From positions 46,482 through 110,481 of the forward strand of contig CAWITZ010000006.1 in assembly GCA_963839215.1 (NCBI GenBank): a stretch of 64,000 bases of DNA, given 5' to 3'. The translations under genes and the position numbers were made by a program. Positions 59,072-64,000 of this stretch are shown one piece after another. This DNA comes from an uncultured Acidobacteriaceae bacterium (GTDB lineage Bacteria > Acidobacteriota > Terriglobia > Terriglobales > Acidobacteriaceae). The notes beneath the pieces are model-generated. The model searched no databases and was not told the DNA's origin. It saw only the letters and a list, made by a program, of their open reading frames with translations. Numbering within the stretch: position 1 is the stretch's first letter; every line of letters starts with the position of its first letter.

Positions 59072-60579
59072 CGCTTTCCAACGTATCCCAGTTCGGCCAA
59101 AGCGGAAAGAGCAACCTGCGCGTCGTCGAAAGGAATCGTGCCCGAAGCGAGAATCTGCTCCTTCTCATGGCCCTTGCCGGCGATCAGAACGATGTCATGC
59201 TCTTTGGCCATCTGGAGCGCAAGCCGGATCGCGGCGGCGCGGTCGGGCTCGATGCTGTAGGGCGTGCCCGTGGCTTTGAGGCCGGGCTCGATTTCGGCAA
59301 GAATCGCCAGCGGATCTTCGCTGCGTGGGTTGTCGCTGGTGGCGACAACGAAGTCGCTTCCCTCGCCTGCGGCGCGGCCCATACGCGGGCGTTTGGTGCG
59401 GTCGCGGTCGCCGCCACAGCCGAAGAGGGTGAGGACGTGGCCGCCGGTTTGCGCAGTCATCTGGCGGGCAAGGGCGGTGAGATTGCGCAGCGCATCGTCG
59501 GTATGCGCGTAGTCCACAACCACGGTGAAGGGCTGGCCCGCATCCACCGGCTGAAAGCGACCAGGGACCGGGTGAAGCAGGGGAACCGAAGCAACAAGCT
59601 CGTCGAAAGAGAGGCCCCGCGCATGCGCCGCAGTGAAAGCGGCGAGAAGATTGAGCACGTTGACTTCACCGGCGAGATGCGAGGTGAGCTTCGCGCTGCC
59701 GGCGGGCGTTTCAAGTTCGATAGACGCGCCACCCGGCGTGAGCGCGACGCTGGCCGCGCGCCATTCTCCGCAACCGATGCCGTAGGTGCGAACTTCTGCG
59801 CCGGCGTTGCGCGCGGCGGCAGCGAGTTGCTCGCTGTAGGGATCGTGGGCGTTGAGTACGGCGACGCGCGGAGCGGGATAGATGCTGCCATCAAAGAGCA
59901 GGCGCTTGGCGGCGAAATACTTCTCCATCGTCTGGTGGTAGTCGAGGTGATCGCGGGTGAGATTGGTGAAGACGGCCACATCGAAGGCGATGCCGAAGGC
60001 GCGGCCCTGGTCGAGTGCGTGGCTGGAGACTTCAGTGACAAGTTCCGTAGCGCCGCGCTGCGCGCCCTCGGCCATCAGTTCGAAGAGATCGCGCGACTCC
60101 GGGGTGGTGTGCAGCGACGGGCGCACTTCGCCTGCGACATGGTACTCGATTGTGCCGATGAGGACAGATTTGCGACCTGCGGCGTTGAGCAGGGCTTCGG
60201 TCAGGAACGACGTAGTGGTTTTGCCGTTGGTGCCGGTGATGCCGATGGCGGCGAGCTTGCGCTCGGGATGATCGAAGAACGCAGCCGAAGCTTCGGCAAG
60301 TGCGCGGCGGCCATGCTCAACTTCGAGGACAGGAAGGCCGGCCTGGTAGACGAGGAGATGGTCGAAGGTCGGCGCCGAGTCCGTGATAATGCCGAGCGCA
60401 CCCGCGGTGACCGCCTTTTCGACGAAGCGGTTGCCGTCCGTCGAACCGCCCTTCATCGCGACGAAGACGGCGCCGGGACGTACGCGGCGCGAGTCGTATT
60501 CAATGCCGATGATGGGCTGGTCGGAATCGCCTGCGGACTCGACGGAGGTGACTTGTTGAGCTAGATCGCGCCACTTCAT
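59068..60579 (-). CDS. murE: UDP-N-acetylmuramoyl-dipeptide--meso-DAP ligase
   Basis: YDSRRV, ITGTNGKTTT, TTPES, EVSSHALDQGR, TNLTRDHLDYH, VDYAHTDD, GCGGDRDRTKR, TSDNPRSE (DNPR indicates DAP), GKGHE. Confidence 0.97.
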   Translation of the reverse strand: MKWRDLAQQVTSVESAGDSDQPIIGIEYDSRRVRPGAVFVAMKGGSTDGNRFVEKAVTAGALGIITDSAPTFDHLLVYQAGLPVLEVEHGRRALAEASAAFFDHPERKLAAIGITGTNGKTTTSFLTEALLNAAGRKSVLIGTIEYHVAGEVRPSLHTTPESRDLFELMAEGAQRGATELVTEVSSHALDQGRAFGIAFDVAVFTNLTRDHLDYHQTMEKYFAAKRLLFDGSIYPAPRVAVLNAHDPYSEQLAAAARNAGAEVRTYGIGCGEWRAASVALTPGGASIELETPAGSAKLTSHLAGEVNVLNLLAAFTAAHARGLSFDELVASVPLLHPVPGRFQPVDAGQPFTVVVDYAHTDDALRNLTALARQMTAQTGGHVLTLFGCGGDRDRTKRPRMGRAAGEGSDFVVATSDNPRSEDPLAILAEIEPGLKATGTPYSIEPDRAAAIRLALQMAKEHDIVLIAGKGHEKEQILASGTIPFDDAQVALSALAELGYVGKR

Positions 60580-60624
60580 GACTGGGTTGATTGTAGATGG
60601 ATCTGCTGCGGCGGCGAGGCAAAC

Positions 60625-62946
60625 TCACTGCCCGCAATGCACCACGATCTTTGTACCGGTGGGAACCTGCGTGCCGGGAGCAGGCGCCTGTTCTCGCGCG
60701 GTGCCGTTGCCGACAATCTGCACATCGAGGCCGACACTGGCAGCAGTCTCAAGCACCTTGCGCAGGGGCAGACCGACAAGAGTTGGCACGGTGAGGTTCT
60801 TGCCGTCGCTAATGGTGACCACGCTCGAAGTTGACTTTGCCGGCGGCGATGCGACCGCTGCTGTTGCCGAAGTCGAGACGGGAGCCGTCGCAGGCTGCGT
60901 GGCAGCGCCAGAATCGGAGGGCGTTGCGTTCATGCCGGAAGCAGCAGATGCTGCAGCGGCGGGCGGTGCAGGTGGCGAGCGCAGCGGATCGTCGGCGGGC
61001 AGGTCATTCACCGCGGCGAAGAGTTCGTTAACGTTCTGCTGATCCGTGGTTGAATCGTCTTCGGTCACGGGGAGATCGTTCTTGCCATTCTTCGCAGTCG
61101 TTCTGGGTTGCTGCACCTCGATATCATGCGGCACGCCGAGATACTCAAGCACCTGCTGCGCTACCTCGGCGAAAACCGGCGCGGAGACAGCGGTTCCGTA
61201 GTACGAGGCGCCTTTGGGATTGTCGATCACTACGGCAACGGCGATGGCAGGATTGTTGACCGGCGCAATGCCTGCAAAGGAAGCGATGTGCATTGTCTTC
61301 GAATAAAGGTGTGTGGCCGGATCGATCTTCTGCGCGGTGCCGGTTTTGCCGCCGGAGGAGTAACCATTAAGCTGCGCGGGCTTGCCGGTGCCGTAGAGCA
61401 CCACGCCTTCCATCATCTTGCGCATCTGCGCCGCCGCCATTTCTGAGATGACGCGATGCCCGCCCGGAGGCAGCGGATTGGGCAGCTCTTCATTTACCTT
61501 GAACGCCTGCGGCACCTGCGGTGCGGCTGAGCCCTGCGGCGTGATCAATTGATTCGGAATCAGCACGCGCGGAGGCAAGTAGGTGCCGCCATTGGCGATC
61601 GTCGAAACCATGGAGACAAGCTGCAGCGGCGTCACGCCCACTTCCTGCCCGATGGCAAGCGAGCCGATGGATGAGCCATTCCACTTGCTGGTGGGACGCA
61701 ACAGACCGCGGGTTTCGCCGGGCAGCTCCATGCCGCTGCGGCTGCCGAAGCCGAAGTCGCGCATGTAATGGTAGAAACGGTCCTGGCCCACTTTGAGCGC
61801 GAGCTTGACGGCGGCAACGTCGCTCGATTTGGCGAGCGCGGTTGCAACGGTGACCGTACCCATGCCGCGATCGCTTTTATCGTCGTGAATCACGCGGCCC
61901 GCAAGGGTGATCTGTCCACCCTGGCAGTCGATCATGTCGTCGGGTTTGGCCACGTTCGAATCAAGAGCCGCCGAGTAGGTTACCAGCTTGAAAACCGAGC
62001 CGGGCTCATAGACATCGCTGACGGCGTGGTCTTTGAGCAGCGCAGGCGTAGTGCGCCGGAAATCATTGGGATCGAAGGTAGGCCGGATGGCCAGCGCGAG
62101 AATCTGACCGGTGTGCACGTCCTGCACAACCACGGTGCCGTTATCGGCGTGAGTCTTCTCCATCACGTGGTCGAGAGCCTGCTCGGCCATGTACTGAATG
62201 TTCTCGTCGATGGTGAGCTGCAGGTTCTGGCCGGGCTCGGGCTCGTGCTCGATGGAGCCGAGAACGTGGCGGCGCGCGTCAACGGCGGTGAGCACGCGAC
62301 CCGGAGCGCCGTGCAGCCGCGTGTCGAATTTCTGCTCGAGGCCGCCGAGGCCGTTATCGTCGAGTCCCACATATCCAAGCACCTGAGCGGCAATCTGACT
62401 GTTGGGGTAGAAGCGCTGAAACTCCTTTTGAAAATAGATGCCCTTGATATTGCGCGCGCGGACTTGGGTGGCGACTTCAGGCTTGACGCGGCGGGCGATC
62501 CAGGCAAAACCGTGGCCGTCTTCGAGGCGCTTTTGAATCGCAGGCTCGGTGGTTCGCAGATCTTCGGCATTCACGTGAACGATTTTGGCCAGAGTGCGTG
62601 CGACGGCTTCTTTGTCGTCAATTTCGGTGGGCACGGCGTAGATGGAGTCGACCTGCACGGTCATGGCCAGTTCGCGCATGTTGCGGTCATAGAGAACGCC
62701 ACGACGCGGCGCGACCTCAAAGGTGCGCTGCTGCTGTTTCTGCGCGCGTTCCATGTATTCCGAGTGGTGCACGATCTGCAGCCAGAAGAGACGCGCAGTG
62801 ATCGCGAGAGCCCAGAGAAGAAAAAAGAGGCACACAACCCAGAAGCGCGCCTTCCGCATGGGCATGGCGCGCGACGTGGAGCTGCGGGGCCGGTTGGCCC
62901 GGATGGTTGCCTGCATGGCGGGTACTCGGGTGAGAGGGCTCGCCAT
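60625..62946 (-). CDS. ftsI: Class B PBP FtsI (PBP3) with PASTA domain
   Basis: RGVLYDRN, YEPGSVFK (SxxK), KSSDV, SLAIGQEVGVTPLQ, GKTGTAQK, C-terminal VPTLVGL...QAPAPG PASTA. Confidence 0.95.
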   Translation of the reverse strand: MASPLTRVPAMQATIRANRPRSSTSRAMPMRKARFWVVCLFFLLWALAITARLFWLQIVHHSEYMERAQKQQQRTFEVAPRRGVLYDRNMRELAMTVQVDSIYAVPTEIDDKEAVARTLAKIVHVNAEDLRTTEPAIQKRLEDGHGFAWIARRVKPEVATQVRARNIKGIYFQKEFQRFYPNSQIAAQVLGYVGLDDNGLGGLEQKFDTRLHGAPGRVLTAVDARRHVLGSIEHEPEPGQNLQLTIDENIQYMAEQALDHVMEKTHADNGTVVVQDVHTGQILALAIRPTFDPNDFRRTTPALLKDHAVSDVYEPGSVFKLVTYSAALDSNVAKPDDMIDCQGGQITLAGRVIHDDKSDRGMGTVTVATALAKSSDVAAVKLALKVGQDRFYHYMRDFGFGSRSGMELPGETRGLLRPTSKWNGSSIGSLAIGQEVGVTPLQLVSMVSTIANGGTYLPPRVLIPNQLITPQGSAAPQVPQAFKVNEELPNPLPPGGHRVISEMAAAQMRKMMEGVVLYGTGKPAQLNGYSSGGKTGTAQKIDPATHLYSKTMHIASFAGIAPVNNPAIAVAVVIDNPKGASYYGTAVSAPVFAEVAQQVLEYLGVPHDIEVQQPRTTAKNGKNDLPVTEDDSTTDQQNVNELFAAVNDLPADDPLRSPPAPPAAAASAASGMNATPSDSGAATQPATAPVSTSATAAVASPPAKSTSSVVTISDGKNLTVPTLVGLPLRKVLETAASVGLDVQIVGNGTAREQAPAPGTQVPTGTKIVVHCGQ

Positions 62947-62951
62947 TCAGT

Positions 62952-63455
62952 TTATCTGGTGGGTGGGGGAGGGGGTGTGAATTGCGCCAGAACAGGAGCG
63001 CTGGTCTCAGGCCGCGCGGTGGAGCGAACCACCTGGCCGGGCTGAGGCGCAGCCAATCCCATCTGACGGGCAAGGCCATCGATGCGCCCAGGGCGTGAAA
63101 GCTGTGCTTCTTTCAAACGTAGCTGGCGATTGTCTTCGCGCAACTGGTCGAGCGTCTGCTTTTCCGACTCCACGCGATAGGAGCCCTCGATGGCGCTGAA
63201 GTGCTGCAAGCCGTAGATCATTACGAGCGAGAACAAGACGGTGACGGCCGCCGCGAAGATCCGCATCTGGCGAACGCGTACCGGATCAGAAGCCTTGATG
63301 AGGCGCGAGTTGTCAAAGTGCCGGGTGAAAGAGACCTCAGGAGTGCGCACACCACGGCGGCGCATAGGCTGCTGAGCCAGCAGGGCAGCGTTGCGCTCGA
63401 CGATGCGGGCGTCCCAGCCGTGGCCGGTGTCGAAATAGGTTGTGCATGCCGCCAT
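62952..63455 (-). CDS. ftsL: Cell division protein FtsL-like
   Basis: Between rsmH and ftsI. One TM followed by a coiled coil LDQLREDNRQLRLKEAQLSRPGRI..LARQMGL..P..GQV. Confidence 0.75.
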   Translation of the reverse strand: MAACTTYFDTGHGWDARIVERNAALLAQQPMRRRGVRTPEVSFTRHFDNSRLIKASDPVRVRQMRIFAAAVTVLFSLVMIYGLQHFSAIEGSYRVESEKQTLDQLREDNRQLRLKEAQLSRPGRIDGLARQMGLAAPQPGQVVRSTARPETSAPVLAQFTPPPPPTR

Positions 63456-63479
63456 CTCGGTGTCTCCTTGCTCTGTTGC

Positions 63480-64000
63480 CTACTGCCTTTGTGCTGCTCT
63501 CAACTTTGCGCTGCGCGAACGCGGGTTGCGTTCGGTCTCGTCGTCGCCGGCTGTTACCGGCTTCCTTGTCAGAATTTCCCAGGTGCCGAGCCTTGCGCCT
63601 TCGCGCAGGCTGTCTTTTGCAATGCGATCTTCAAGCGAATGAAAACTGATGACGACCAGTCGTCCTGAGGGCTTAAGCAACTTAGGTGCGGCCTCGAAGA
63701 GTGCTTTGATTTCGTCAAGCTCGCGGTTTACGAAAATACGAAGACCCTGAAAGGTCCTTGTTGCGGGATGAATCCGATCCTGTTTCATTGGTGGGGCGGC
63801 TGAGGCCACAATCCGGGCAAGTTGCCCCGTGGTTGTAACCGGCCGCCCGCGCACAATGGCTCTGGCGATTCTCCGCGACCTCCTTTCCTCTCCGTATTCG
63901 TAAATGAGGTTTGCCAGCTCGCGCTCGCTCGCCTCATTCACCACTTGTTCGGCAGTCGGCCCGCTGCGCGTGTCCATGCGCATATCAAGGTTGCCGTCTG
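63480..64000 (-). CDS. rsmH: 16S rRNA m4C1402 methyltransferase (5' part outside window)
   Basis: [64 protein letters not shown]. Confidence 0.96.
   Translation of the reverse strand, partial: DGNLDMRMDTRSGPTAEQVVNEASERELANLIYEYGEERRSRRIARAIVRGRPVTTTGQLARIVASAAPPMKQDRIHPATRTFQGLRIFVNRELDEIKALFEAAPKLLKPSGRLVVISFHSLEDRIAKDSLREGARLGTWEILTRKPVTAGDDETERNPRSRSAKLRAAQRQ

Overview
A GC-rich bacterial chromosomal segment whose gene content and intergenic repeats look like Acidobacteriota (Acidobacteriaceae/Terracidiphilus-like). That assignment comes from family recognition, not a database search. The left and middle parts hold housekeeping and metabolic genes: udg, coaBC, rpoZ, gmk, yicC, msbA-like, hldE/gmhB, a fused E1 alpha/beta 2-oxoacid dehydrogenase, MscS, YyaL, gpx, an M20 peptidase, glycerate kinase, GAF-fused glycogen phosphorylase, olsBA-like, a SAM-I riboswitch with thrC-like/MoaD, GH97/GH16, split metH, an orphan nuoI, ubiD, DedA-rhodanese and a stand-alone transpeptidase. 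The right 25 kb is the dcw (division/cell wall) cluster, rsmH to ftsZ, broken by four accessory insertions: a subclass B3 metallo-beta-lactamase; PilZ-fusion/msrA/padR; two small secreted Gly/aromatic-rich proteins; and GH30/cyanophycinase-like. Several genes carry single-base indels (gmk, ftsZ, ubiD, yyaL, the E1 gene, the transpeptidase and two hypotheticals), most likely long-read consensus errors. I saw no rRNA, tRNA, CRISPR array or transposase. Best leads: (1) a PtsP/EI-Ntr-type GAF domain fused to glycogen phosphorylase; (2) a SAM-riboswitch-controlled ThrC-like + sulfur-carrier pair, with a GG-CC tail on the carrier; (3) a B3 MBL coupled inside murF-mraY; (4) a PilZ domain fused to an Abi-alpha/DUF4393-like domain.
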